Counted from the whole stretch's first letter, positions 1 to 11,962 are shown. The stretch: DNA of 63,804 nucleotides, filler included, from Octopus bimaculoides (GCF_001194135.2; 5 parts of 5 records of this genome joined end to end with filler, not necessarily neighbours in it), one strand, 5' to 3'. Notes: a model not told the origin generated them from the sequence alone. A program made the numbers and translations.

Positions 1-490
1 GTGTTGATGATAAGTAGTTATTATGATGGCGGTGATGATAGTGATGGTGGCAGTAGCGGTTTTTGGAGTGATAATGTTGTTGATGGTGATGATGTTGGTT
101 GTGGTTGTGATACTGATGATATTAGTGCCTATGGTCGAAGGTTATGTTGATGGTGGTGGTTGTGATGGTGATGGTGATGGTTGTGGTGTTGGTGTTGGTG
201 TTGGTGGTAAGATGGTAATGTTGTGGCTGCTGCTGCTGCTTGCGGTGATGATTTTAATGGCGGTGGTGGTGGTGCTGGTGGTGGTGGTGCTGGTGGTGGA
301 GATGGTGGCGGTGATCGTGGTTGTGGAGAAGGTAATTATTGCAATGCTTTGTCATGTAACAAAACTGTAGCAAGGACAATTACAAAGGAAAAAAGGTAAG
401 AAGAAAGGACAGTAAAAAGGGGGGGGGCGAATAAGGAGGAGGAAGAAAAGAATAAGAAAGGAAAGAAATGGTAGGAGAAGAACAAGAACA
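1..490. repeat. Degenerate (GGT/GAT)n low-complexity tract followed by a purine-rich tract
   Basis: Visible trinucleotide periodicity; the ORFs 23..370 and 352..591 are compositional artefacts. Confidence 0.85.
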
Positions 491-536
491 AGAAGAACAC
501 AACTAATTCTACTACAAATAATTCCTCCTACTAAAG

Positions 537-1072
537 CAGTGGTTCTCATCCGGGCTCCATAAAGCCCCATATAAGATGTTTGAGGGTCCACGCAACAAAA
601 TAGTCAATTGGGAATCTACAATGGTATTTCAAGGGTCCGTAAAAAAATGTTGCTTTAGATATATGAATCGGTGTGTATTGCACGAAATTGGTCTCTTTCT
701 CAGACGTTTTGCATAGTTCAACCTACACAAGCTAATGTGTGAAAAACGAAATAGGAATTTTGGAAGAAGTTTCTATAAAACTAGTGTTTAACCCTTTTAG
801 CAAAGCAGGCCAAAATATTCTACATGCTTTATGTTGAAACCGACTAGATCTGAACTCTCATACCTACCCTACTATGCCATTGTAAAAATAAACAGTCGCA
901 TTGTCAAAATCTTGAAGCTACAAGATAATTCGTGCTTAATTCAAAACAATGTCAATAAATAAGCTTTACATTTGACAGAATAATCTGAAAGCTAAGAATG
1001 TCTGTGAGGAACTGCCGGAATAAAAAAAGTAATCAAACACGTTCATAAATAAAAGATGGTTGGGAACCCTCG
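537..1072. mobile_element. hAT (Charlie-like) MITE inserted into a SINE-A tail
   Basis: Left end CAGTGGTTCTCATCC, right end GGTTGGGAACCCTCG; 8-bp TSD TACTAAAG (529-536) / TGCTAAAG (1073-1080), 7/8 match; the SINE tail continues on both sides. Confidence 0.8.
792..997. mobile_element. piggyBac-type (TTAA/CCC) MITE remnant nested in the hAT MITE
   Basis: TTAA-CCCTTTTAGC start at 788-801; degenerate right end CTGAAAGCTAAG near 985-996. Confidence 0.5.
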
Positions 1073-2250
1073 TGCTAAAGGCACAGGACCTGAAATTTGA
1101 TGGAGGAAAGGAGGCTAGACGATTATAACGACCCCAGAGCTCAACTGAGATTTATTTTGTTGATCCTGAAATAATGAAAAGTAAAGTCGACCACGGCGGT
1201 ATTTGAACTCAGAACGAGAAGACAGACGAAATGCTTCTAAGCGCTTTGCCCGGCATGCAAACGATTCTGCAAGTTCGCCACCTTAAGGTGTTTCAAAATG
1301 TTGGTTTGAGATTTTGGCACAAGGCCAGCAACTTCGAGGAAGAGGTAAATCGATTATATCGACCCCAGTGCTCAACTGAGACTTATTTTATCGAACCCGA
1401 AATGATGAAAGGCAAAGTCGACTTCGATGGAAACTGAATTCGGGGCGTAAAACCAAAGAACTGCTTGTTAGCATTTTCTCCGATCCTTTCAGCTTGCAAC
1501 CTTAATGATAATAATAGCCCTTTCTACTGTAGGCACAAAGCCTGAAATCTGCTGGTAGAGGGGGGAGAGTACTAGTTGATTACATCAGCCCCTAGTACTT
1601 AACTGTTACTTTTTATATCGATCCAAAGGAATGAAAAGCGAAGTTGACCTCTGTAGAATTTAAATTCAGAATGTAATGCGATCAGAATTGCTGCCAAGCA
1701 ATTTATCCAATTCTTTCTGCTCGCCACATTAATGATAATAATAATCCTTTCTACTAAAGACACAAGGCCTGAAATTTTGGGGGAGGGGACATGTCGATTA
1801 CATCGACCCCATTGCTCAACTGGTACTTATTTTATCGACCCCAAAAAGATGAAAGGCAAAGTCGACCTCGGCGAAATTTGAACTCACAACGTGAAGACGG
1901 GCGAAATGCTGTTAAGCATTTTGCCCCGTGTGTTAACGATTCTGCTAGCTCGCCACCTTTTTTAATGATAATTATAATAATACATTCTATTATGGGCACA
2001 AGGCCTGAAATTATGTGGGAGGGGCGAGCCAATTACGTTGATCTCAGCACTTAACTGGTAGTTCTTTCATCAACCCCGAAAGGATGAAAGGCAAAGTCGA
2101 ATGCGGCAGCATTTGAACGGAAAGAACCGAAACTGTCGCTAAGCATTTTGTCAATAATTCTTTCAACTATATGTACAAGTTCCTAAATCTTGGGGCAAGG
2201 AACAAGTCGATTGCATCGACTGCAGTACGCAACTGGTACTATTTTATTAA

Positions 2251-2860
2251 CCCATTATGTTGGTAGTTTCGTTCGCAGTGAAACAATATAATGTACAAGT
2301 ATGGAAGAAGAAAAAAGGCCTCACAGTTGCAGAAATACAGAACGAGAAAGTCCTTTAATATATCTTATAAATGTTTCCTTTGACAGAATAATTTTGTCGA
2401 CTTTTTATTTTCGATATCTTTATCACCAAGACATCTTCAAATATTTAGAAATGAATTACAATAATTTCTTCTCCATCAGAGAAAAGCTTCCGCTAAATTA
2501 ATTTCATGGTACGATTCTATTTTTCGTCGGTAAAATTTCCCTCTTTCAATAAATATATTTTATCTTCTATTTTGATTTTCTGCCTTTTTCCCTATCAATA
2601 TTTTTTTTTCTCTAACTCAGATCCAAACTGTAACTTCAGTTTTGCTTCTATTTTAATGTGATGCCGTGTTTTGTAATGTCTATTTAGGTCATATTTAAAA
2701 TCATGTGAGAACTAGTTTAACAAACAATGCACAACGGTTTTCGTGAAAGATTCGATATAAATAAGAATTCATTTTCCCACTGTCCATTGCAGTCACACAG
2801 CCTATCACGTTCTCCTTTTCATTTGTTCATTATATATTGCACTGCGATGATTAAAAAGGG
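2251..2860. mobile_element. piggyBac-type MITE with long imperfect TIRs
   Basis: TTAA (2247-2250) CCC...GGG TTAA (2861-2864); subterminal inverted match TCGCAGTG..CAATATATAATG(T/A)ACAA at both ends. Confidence 0.7.
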
Positions 2861-3015
2861 TTAATTTACGAAAAACACTACAAATGCACAAACTTTTAAA
2901 TTTAGCTACAGATTTTCTATAGATTTTCTCAGAGCCAGCACTGAAAGTTACGATGCTTCGTATACAAATACATTTATGTAAACAGAGCAATTGAAGATAG
3001 AGAAAATAAGTAATA

Positions 3016-3060
3016 GGTGTACATGCATATTTCAAGAGTCATTGCTCTTTCATCAGCACC
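3016..3060 (-). ncRNA. Type I hammerhead ribozyme, intact core
   Basis: Minus strand GGTG-CTGATGA-AAGAG caatga CTCTT-GAAA-tatgcatg-TA-CACC: 4-bp stem I, perfect 5-bp stem II, palindromic (ATGCAT) stem III, GUA cleavage triplet. Confidence 0.75.
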
Positions 3061-3462
3061 GCATCCAACCCAATAGTTATTCACGAACGCATTGCTTAAA
3101 TACCCACTAAGTTTAGCAGTGTAACACTATTGGATAGACCAACTTATGTATTTAATACATTCCTGGCATCTGATACGTAAATATTAATTCTTAGCAAGGT
3201 CACAGTATTTCGTCTTGCAACCATAATAAACTGCCAAATATATTAAAGGTTTACAAATCAATACTGTCTTGTTTTTGTGTTAGCAATGCGATATTCTTAT
3301 TTTTAAGTTTATAAGTTGAAAGCCAACACTGAAAGTTACGACGTAAATAATGTGGCTCTGAGCTCTATAGAAAATCTGTAGTGATAAACTTTAAAATGAG
3401 AACAACATATTGCTAACACAAAAAAAGCAAGATAAAATAGGTACCGAAATTTGAAACCAATT

Positions 3463-3690
3463 ATGGCAGCGATCTGGCTGAAATGTTAGCACACCGGGGG
3501 AAAATGCTTAGCGACATTTTGTTCGTCTTTACGTTCTGAGTTTAAATTCTGCTGAGGTCGACTTTACCTTTCATCCTGTTGGGGTCAATAAAATAAAGTA
3601 CTAGTTGAACTCCTGGGGGTCGATATAATCGACGTGCCCACTTCCCCAAAATTGCTGGCTTTGTGTCAAAATTAAAAACCAGTATTTGTA
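3463..3690 (+). mobile_element. SINE family A copy
   Basis: A/B-box head, central CCTTTCATCC..GGGGTC block, GTCGATATAATCGAC hairpin, tail variant AAAATTGCTGGCTTTGTG. Confidence 0.85.
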
Positions 3691-4740
3691 TCANNNNNNN
3701 NNNNNNNNNNNNNNNNNNNNNNNNNNNNNNNNNNNNNNNNNNNNNNNNNNNNNNNNNNNNNNNNNNNNNNNNNNNNNNNNNNNNNNNNNNNNNNNNNNNN
3801 NNNNNNNNNNNNNNNNNNNNNNNNNNNNNNNNNNNNNNNNNNNNNNNNNNNNNNNNNNNNNNNNNNNNNNNNNNNNNNNNNNNNNNNNNNNNNNNNNNNN
3901 NNNNNNNNNNNNNNNNNNNNNNNNNNNNNNNNNNNNNNNNNNNNNNNNNNNNNNNNNNNNNNNNNNNNNNNNNNNNNNNNNNNNNNNNNNNNNNNNNNNN
4001 NNNNNNNNNNNNNNNNNNNNNNNNNNNNNNNNNNNNNNNNNNNNNNNNNNNNNNNNNNNNNNNNNNNNNNNNNNNNNNNNNNNNNNNNNNNNNNNNNNNN
4101 NNNNNNNNNNNNNNNNNNNNNNNNNNNNNNNNNNNNNNNNNNNNNNNNNNNNNNNNNNNNNNNNNNNNNNNNNNNNNNNNNNNNNNNNNNNNNNNNNNNN
4201 NNNNNNNNNNNNNNNNNNNNNNNNNNNNNNNNNNNNNNNNNNNNNNNNNNNNNNNNNNNNNNNNNNNNNNNNNNNNNNNNNNNNNNNNNNNNNNNNNNNN
4301 NNNNNNNNNNNNNNNNNNNNNNNNNNNNNNNNNNNNNNNNNNNNNNNNNNNNNNNNNNNNNNNNNNNNNNNNNNNNNNNNNNNNNNNNNNNNNNNNNNNN
4401 NNNNNNNNNNNNNNNNNNNNNNNNNNNNNNNNNNNNNNNNNNNNNNNNNNNNNNNNNNNNNNNNNNNNGGAGGAGGAGGAGATGGTGTTGGTGGAGATGG
4501 TGTTGGTGGAGATGGTGTTGGTGATGGCGGTGGTGTCGCATCGAGTTGATCCAGATACATCAGACCCTGATTATAAAATGATGTATAGCGTTATCCAACA
4601 ATTTCCAGATGCTACACTGCTTGGGCTGATCAAAGAATTGGGGTGATCGAGGGAATTGACACCATTGCTAATACTATTGTTTTCGACCATCGAATTATTA
4701 AACAGTAAAGTAAATCCTAACGAGGTCTGATCTCACAGCA

Positions 4741-5025
4741 TACATACTTGCTTGCATATGGCAGCCCATCAAAGGCGATGATAGTCTTCGATCCAAGACA
4801 TTTCATCCTCCACCGCCTCCGCCTCTGTCTCCAGCACGTTGTTTCTCACGGAAGCGGACGTGGCTGATAAGACCGATACGAGATAGGAAGATCTTGTGGC
4901 ATTGAGGGCAATGAAGGTGACCCTGAATAACATCTGCTGGGTTTTGATGACGACGTCTCCTCTCTTTATGTAGTCTCCTGCGTTCAGTTTCAAATTGCTC
5001 TATTCCAGCAGCATACATGGCTATC
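4741..5025 (-). mobile_element. RTE-clade LINE 3' end (ORF2 C-terminus and UTR)
   Basis: ORF 4803..5018 encodes CPQCHKIFLSRIGLISHVR, the C2H2-like C-terminal motif typical of RTE ORF2; short 3' UTR ends in TATG-like repeats. Confidence 0.75.
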
Positions 5026-5084
5026 TATGCATTCTGATTAGCAGCCAGGGAGTCAGCTCACCATAAAGGAATACTGACCCAAAG

Positions 5085-5275
5085 AGGAAACGTCTACGCA
5101 GTCACCCGACCTGCTAGAAAAAGCAACCAAATCTCCCGCAGATCATATTACAATGTTGTTTTAATGAAATATCCCATTGGACAATCTAGTCCTTAAGCAC
5201 AGGCTGGGCATAGCTAGGACGACCTTATGATAGGTCGGCTGAGGCAGAGCTGCCATGGGGCTAAACAACAATACT
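5085..5275 (+). mobile_element. SINE family C fragment
   Basis: GTCACCCGACCTGCTAGAAAAAGCAACCAAATCTCCC...GGGGCTAAACAACAA; related pieces at about 27600, 42300, 49580, 59300 and 59720. Confidence 0.55.
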
Positions 5276-5314
5276 TATTTATTGCGATATTTTATTTTAG
5301 CGTTCCACTGTTCT

Positions 5315-5382
5315 CTGATTATCAAACCCACAACCTTATGATCTTGAGCCTAATACTCCCAACTACTTGGCCACACGCCTTC
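5315..5382 (-). mobile_element. tRNA-like head of SINE family D, abutting the 5S copy
   Basis: GAAGGCGTGTGGCCAAGTAGTTGGGAGTATTAGGCTCAAGATCATAAGGTTGTGGGTTTGAT matches the family-D heads starting at 12187 and 23749. Confidence 0.65.
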
Positions 5383-5399
5383 ACAAAGATGGTGCTGAC

Positions 5400-5493
5400 A
5401 GTATTTAGGATCCCCGTCTTAGTACTAACTAGGGTTGACTTCGCTTGGTGATCGGACGAGACTCGGTAAATTGAACGCGATATGGCCGTAGGC
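5400..5493 (-). pseudogene. Degenerate, 3'-truncated 5S rRNA copy (pseudogene or SINE3-like head)
   Basis: Minus strand GCCTACGGCCATATCGCGTT...TCTCGTCCGATCACC...GTTAGTACT...GGG...AATACT aligns with the first ~100 nt of metazoan 5S rRNA; box A and box C are mutated. Confidence 0.8.
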
Positions 5494-5887
5494 AAAGCTA
5501 TTTTGCAATAGATGTAAATGTCAGACTAAACAACAGGTGATATGACCAACTTGTCATATCACAGCTGGATCTCCTTTTAACTTCTTCGTCACAGAATACA
5601 CAAACACTTTATTTAGAAAGATAAAACTTAGATTATAAACTTTACTCTTGAAATAATTCTTTTAAAAATGATTTAGTACAAATCAATATGAAGTTTATTT
5701 TAAGGCTAATAAGCTGCAGAATCGGAAAGGCTGCGAATTGGCAGAGTTGTTAGAACGTCGAACAGAAGATTATGCGGTACATGTTCCGGCTCTCCGTGAT
5801 TTACGTTCAAGTCCCGCCGAGGTTAACTTCGGAGACCGATGAATAAAGAAACGGTCAAGAACTATTGTCGATTTCTTCCCTTTCTTT

Positions 5888-5953
5888 CTGTCAATCTTCT
5901 ACAGGAAGAAACCAAGAAAGCTGTCAATCTTCTACAGGAAGAAACCAAGAAAG
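5888..5953. repeat. Perfect 33-bp tandem duplication
   Basis: CTGTCAATCTTCTACAGGAAGAAACCAAGAAAG x2. Confidence 0.95.
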
Positions 5954-6707
5954 GCGTTTTCACTTTGTGTCCTCACTAATCCTTGCACCACCACACAAAG
6001 GACACAGCAATAAAAGAAGATAATATATTTTAAATTCTATCTCTTCGCGATCCAGAATTAAAATTATCCTGGTACTTGACTTCACCTTTCATCATTTACT
6101 GTTGATAGCATAAGTATCGGTTAGACCAGTGCCTGTAGGTAAATCGACACTGGTCTAACGTATACACTATCCCAGCTTTTATAAGGGGAAAGGTAAATAT
6201 ATGCCCTTCACAGTTATGTTTCAAGAGAGGGTCTTTAGATGGTGGTGTTCTCAGGTTGCGGAGCTCAGAAAGCTGTAATATCATTTGATAAAAGGAACAC
6301 GGTACAATGAATTCATATAACAAGGCTGTAACTTTAAATACCTTTACTCAAGGTCTCAAACGTATACAAGTGAACAATAAAGGAAAGAGTTTGATGAACA
6401 GAGGCCATATTCCTCTTCTGTGTACTACTTCATGTTTGCTAGCAGACTTTCTTACAATGCACACCAGCGGATCACGTCTTTGCTCTCCGACGTCCCGATG
6501 CAAAAAAGGAAGTGCTAAGGCTTCGTGTCCGAATCTAACACTCTAGCGCCAAACATCCGCTGTCAAGGGAGGTAACTGTGCCTACAGGTCCGAAGGTGGC
6601 CCAGTAGATTGGCGGATAGCACATGATGCTAGGATACGCTATTCTCCTCAATGTAGTTAAGATATCTAATTAGTCGAAAGGTTGGAAGAATGCTTCCAAC
6701 ATTATAA

Positions 6708-7415
6708 TACGAGGTGGTATCAAAAGGTTCCCCGACTAGATATGCTTGGTAAAAAAAATAACTAATTTACCTAAGTTTTAACATCATCTCTTTCGAAATA
6801 GTCACCTTGCGCAACAATACACCGGTCCAGCGTTCCTGCCACTTTTGGAATCCGGTTCAGAAGTCGTTTTTTGAAAGTGAGTCGAGAACCTTCTGCGATT
6901 CGCTCTAGATCATGACAACGGTGTTAAAACGGCGGCCTTTGAGCTGTATTTTCACCTTGGAAAAGAAATGGAAGTCCGCAAGTGCTAAATCTGGCAAATA
7001 GGTCTGGTGCGGAAGCGATACCATGTGCTTTTGGCGAGAAACTCGCGAGTGAGGAGAGCTCAGTGAAGAATCCAGTTCTTCGCGCTCCACAGATCCAGTC
7101 ACTTTCGTCGAATGTCCTCTTTCAAACGCTTCGAAACATCGTAGTAGAACTCTCGATCGACAGTCTGGCCCAGGGGGACGAATTCTCGATGCACAATATC
7201 ACATTTCCGGAGATGACGCTCGTGGCAAATCTTCTAGATCGTTCATCGTCTTCTAAGGACGTCCTGCCAATTTTGAAGCGCCCGTACAACTCGAAACATT
7301 GCGTACGATCCATTGCCACGTCGCCGTAAGCTTGTCGGTGCATGCTCAAAGTCTCTGTAGCAGACTTGCCACGTTTAACGCAAAATTTCACGTTGGCTCT
7401 CTGTTCCTGTCCAAG
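6708..7415 (-). mobile_element. Mariner transposon, internally deleted and one end truncated
   Basis: N-terminal HTH (FCVKRGKSATET..AYGD..FKIGRTSLEDDERS) joined to a C-terminal YLPDLALADF..LKGRRF (YSPDLAP-like) region; TA + CGAGGTGGTATCAAAAGG TIR at 6708. Confidence 0.9.
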
Positions 7416-7791
7416 GTGTAAGATGGAGGTTTAGAAGCGAAAACATAATTAATGATGTGGCAGAGATCTTCAAGGAATTTATTCAGGATTTCTAATGACA
7501 TAACCTCTTTTAATCCGGCAAAATGGATAAGCTGGCACCAAGTCTGGAACCAAGGATTCCGGAAAATTAGAGGTGTATCGGTATTATCCTAAAGTGATTT
7601 CCTGCATTAGTTACGGATAAGAAGATAAATAAGCGTTTATTTCTTGTTTGACTAAAATTTCCAATTACACCAACTTTACAAAAGAGAGCAGACTAAATCT
7701 TATTGTTAGGTCGCTCTCGAGTGCTAAATCTTGAAGTTAATAAATATATAATTACGATATTATATTTGTAAATTACTCGACATTATAATTA

Positions 7792-8111
7792 TACTCTTTT
7801 ACTCTTTTACTTGTTTCAGTCATTTGACTGCGGCCATGCTGGAGCACCGCCTTTAGTCGAGCAAATCGAGCCTAGGACTTATTCTTTGGAAGCCTAGTAC
7901 TTAGTCTATCGGTCTCTTTTGCCGAACCGCTAAGTTACGGGGACATAAACACACCAGCATCGGCTGTCAAGCGATGTTGGGGGAACAAACACAGATACAC
8001 AAACATATACACACACATACATATATATATACATATATACGACGGGCCTCTTTCAGTTTCCGTCTACCAAATCCACTCACAAGGCTTTGGTCGGCCCGAG
8101 GCTATAGTAGA
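7792..8111 (-). mobile_element. SINE family B (CORE-like, internal microsatellite), head lost in gap
   Basis: Tail TGACTGAAACAAGTAAAAGAGTAAAAGAG, GGCGGTGCTCCAGCATGGCCGCAG block and internal (TA/TG) tract; same body as complete copies at 39644 and 60151. Confidence 0.9.
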
Positions 8112-10423
8112 NNNNNNNNNNNNNNNNNNNNNNNNNNNNNNNNNNNNNNNNNNNNNNNNNNNNNNNNNNNNNNNNNNNNNNNNNNNNNNNNNNNNNNNNN
8201 NNNNNNNNNNNNNNNNNNNNNNNNNNNNNNNNNNNNNNNNNNNNNNNNNNNNNNNNNNNNNNNNNNNNNNNNNNNNNNNNNNNNNNNNNNNNNNNNNNNN
8301 NNNNNNNNNNNNNNNNNNNNNNNNNNNNNNNNNNNNNNNNNNNNNNNNNNNNNNNNNNNNNNNNNNNNNNNNNNNNNNNNNNNNNNNNNNNNNNNNNNNN
8401 NNNNNNNNNNNNNNNNNNNNNNNNNNNNNNNNNNNNNNNNNNNNNNNNNNNNNNNNNNNNNNNNNNNNNNNNNNNNNNNNNNNNNNNNNNNNNNNNNNNN
8501 NNNNNNNNNNNNNNNNNNNNNNNNNNNNNNNNNNNNNNNNNNNNNNNNNNNNNNNNNNNNNNNNNNNNNNNNNNNNNNNNNNNNNNNNNNNNNNNNNNNN
8601 NNNNNNNNNNNNNNNNNNNNNNNNNNNAATTACCAGAAATTTGAAACATTTTCTTACGTACATCTTATTAAACGTGATGAATTTCAGATAGTTTCTTAAG
8701 TATTTCTAATTAATATCGCTTCATCTAAACCTTCAACCATATTTAAATTTTGTTTCTATTTTACTTTCAAATTTTCAACGACTTAGGACATCTTTGACAT
8801 TTGAATCTTTGAATTATCTAGAAAAATGGCATTTGATACTTTTCTAAATATTGAATTTTCTGTAAAAGTTTTTTTTTTCTTTTTCCAGTTATATAATCGT
8901 AGAATTATGAAACAATTTGAAGTTTTCTATAATCCCCTTAATCCTTGCGGCATCCGAATTTTTTTTAATGATGGTGAACATGATAACCAAAATATTCTTC
9001 AAATCCTCATCATATGCTTTTTGAATTATTTTAAAATTAAATAAAACAAATTGAAAACATCTGTTGCCGAAGTTTCGTTTATCCTTAAGTTTTTTTTAAC
9101 ATCTACTTTGAATATCTCCATTAAAGAACAAATATATTACTTATGGTATCCCTGTTGAATCTTCTTCCATTGAAAGAAGTTTAAATATTTACTTAGAACT
9201 ATCAGCTGGTCTGTTTAAAGAATAAGAACTTAATACTTTCGAAAATTGTAAAAAAATTTTCAAAATACGGGTGCATAGAAAAAATATATAAGTTCATGAC
9301 AATGGATTTCTTTAAAATTCATATCTAGTTACTACCTGGTTGGCATATGTCAGTGGTTGACTCATAACGATAAATTCCTTTAAATCTCTATCCACAGATA
9401 AATGAAAATCTGAGATTTCGCGTCATTTTGCTGACACAAAATGCTGATGTATTTTCAATACTTCCATGAAATAAATTCCTTGATTGATTCGTTGTTCACC
9501 ATTCCGTTTCAAAAGAAGAAAATGCAAAAATTATTTGCAAAATTTAAAAACGATTATACTTCCTTTATTTTCACTTAATATTGGTATTTTTCGAAAGTTC
9601 AACTCTTTATGATTTCCTGATTCCCACAGAGAATCTATCCTCGAATCTTAGAAGAATCGATACTACCGTTTGCCTCAAATACAAAGGATCCCAGCTGCGC
9701 TTTTACGTGAGCTAAAAGGATACAAAACACACCCACCCACACACACACACATACAAATACGTAAACATAAACACACACACATACAAATACACAAACATAA
9801 AACACACACACGCACTCTCAGCCTCCTCTCTCTCTCGTCGTTTGAGCAATATTCCATCTCAGGTATTCAGGTATCAATAAAATTTTATCATCATTACTGA
9901 AGTGAAGTTGTTATCAGAGTGAGAGGGAGATAAATATACAGGGACAATAAAATCTATCGCCTGTGACAGAATTTAGAATTAGCATTCTTCAAATATAAAG
10001 CGCTGCCGCTGCACACTGTAGTGAACTGTGCATCTTTTTGCACTTAATTAAGGCTGTGAATTGGCAGGCACATTAGAACGTTAAATAGAGTGCTATGTTG
10101 TGTTTTTTACCGACTCTCTGCGCCCTGAGTTCACATTCCCCCGAGGTTAACTTTATCATTAATTTTTTTCCCTCCGAAGTCAATAAAAAAAGTACCAAAC
10201 CAGAGTGGGTGGTAGTACATTTGGTGGGCCAGTAAGATCCCTTGTAATGTTGGTGGATGAGTAAGATCCCTTGTAATTTTTGAGTTTAAGATCCCTTGTA
10301 ATGTTTGCGTCTGCGGCGACACTGGTGCCAAGCTATATACACATGTCCGTCCATCGAAGCGACGATGAACATCTAGCCATCTTTAAGGATGACTGATGAC
10401 TTGTTCTGTTATTTTGTATAAAG

Positions 10424-10677
10424 CATTGGTTTTCAACTGTGGTCCATATGGCCCTTTGGGGTCCATATAAGACTTTGTCGTTAAAATTTATGTGAAATAA
10501 ATTAGTTATACGTCTACAATACATAAAATATTTAAACATTTTTTATACACTTCCTAATGGTACCAAATCATAAAAATATAAGGGATTTTAAACATCGAAT
10601 GGCTATGAGAGTCCCACCTAACAGAGTAAAATAGGAATCAAAGGGTTCCAAAGGCAAAAAATGGTTGAGAACGACTG
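10424..10677. mobile_element. hAT (Charlie-like) MITE, 254 bp
   Basis: Ends CATTGGTTTTCAACT / GGTTGAGAACGACTG (11/15 inverted match); 8-bp TSD GTATAAAG (10416-10423) / GTTTAAAG (10678-10685). Confidence 0.8.
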
Positions 10678-11282
10678 GTTTAAAGCGAAAAAGAGTTGCC
10701 CACTATCAACCTCACTCTCTCATTCGTGACTATCTTTAGTCCAGTGACAAGATCAAGTCAAGACGACTGAGGGTGGAGATGGACGCAGTGAATAACCAAG
10801 ATGCCTTATGTGCCTCATTCTGCTCACTGGACTCCACAATGCGTTGCTACGGTAGTCTTCCCTTCTATTGAACTGTTAAGGTTTCTTCCGTAGAGTCTGC
10901 TGGATCCAGTCTTTACAAACCCTAGCATGCTATTTAGCTCATAGCTGAGGCCCTGGCAGGTGCTACTACTCCGGGTCAGATTAGACCTGAGAACGTTAGT
11001 AGCTAAGAGGTGATTCCCGCTCCTTAAAACCTTGTAACTCTTGAACCAGAGCCCCACAATAAAATGCGATTTAAAGTCATACCCAAAACATGCAAAGCAA
11101 TATAGGCCCAAATTAGCGACGTTTCCCTTGGGAAAAAACATTGATGTCGTGGTGAGGATAGACTTGTATATAAGAGCAACTGCTAACCTTCTTTTAAAAA
11201 ATGTCTTTTTCAAGCCTACACATATGTATGCAGATGTATGGTCAACATTAACCAATAGAGATCTTAGTATGTACCCGTTTAG

Positions 11283-11495
11283 AAAGACGGTGAGCTGGCA
11301 GAATCATTAGCACGCTGGGAAAATTGCTGAGCGATATTTCGTACGTCTTTACGTTCTGAGTTCAAATGTCACCGGGGTCGATTTTGTCTTTCATCCTTTT
11401 GGGGTATATTAAAAAGAGTATCAGTTGAGCACCGGTATCGATGTAATCGACTTATCCTTGAACTTGCTGGCCTTGTGCCAAAATTTGAAATCGAT
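11283..11495 (+). mobile_element. SINE family A copy
   Basis: GGTGAGCTGGCAGAATC head, GAGTTCAAAT B box, central block, ATCGATGTAATCGAC hairpin. Confidence 0.85.
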
Positions 11496-11962
11496 ATGTA
11501 TCTGTTTAGTCACAGGCGTGACTATGTGGTTAAGAAGTTTGCTTCGCAATTACATGATACCAAATTTAATCCCACCCTGCGTTACCTTAAGCAAGTGAAG
11601 CCATGGATCAACCAAAGCCATTTGAAAGAAATTTTAGTACAGGAAACCTATGCTTAATGAGATGGAAAAATCTAGCAATCGTTGGTGGACTCTACCACCA
11701 AGTAGAGGTCTATGCTTTGTGGTAGAATTAATCCAAGGTCGACCGGTTTGACTCCAATGCCTCGGCCTTCAATGTTTTCAGTGGATCCCTCTCTGCTACA
11801 AGCCTCAGGCAGTAGTCTGGTTTGTAAATAACTTCTTCCCTTCATCCACGAATTTTAGGAGTCCTGCATATAATCTCGGATGATGGCCTTTCTCCTCAGA
11901 TTTAACTCTATTACAAGCCTCAGGACTCATAAGGCCAGAGTTTAACAGTTTCTATGGCGTAT

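Larger units (their letters stand above)
515..2250 (-). mobile_element. Head-to-tail cluster of six family-A tRNA-derived SINEs
   Basis: Copies at about 515-1286 (interrupted), 1300-1505, 1506-1731, 1732-1960, 1962-2152 and 2152-2250 (partial). On the minus strand they carry the A-box-like GGCGAGCTGGCAGAA, B-box-like GAGTTCAAATTCC, central GCCTTTCATCCTTTCGGGGTCGATAAA block and (TTA)n tail. Confidence 0.85.

Noticed and set aside
3663-4646. Long ORFs spanning N gaps (also 7974, 19041, 21251, 45194, 46838, 50396, 53869)
   Set aside because: They are open only because N codons contain no stops.
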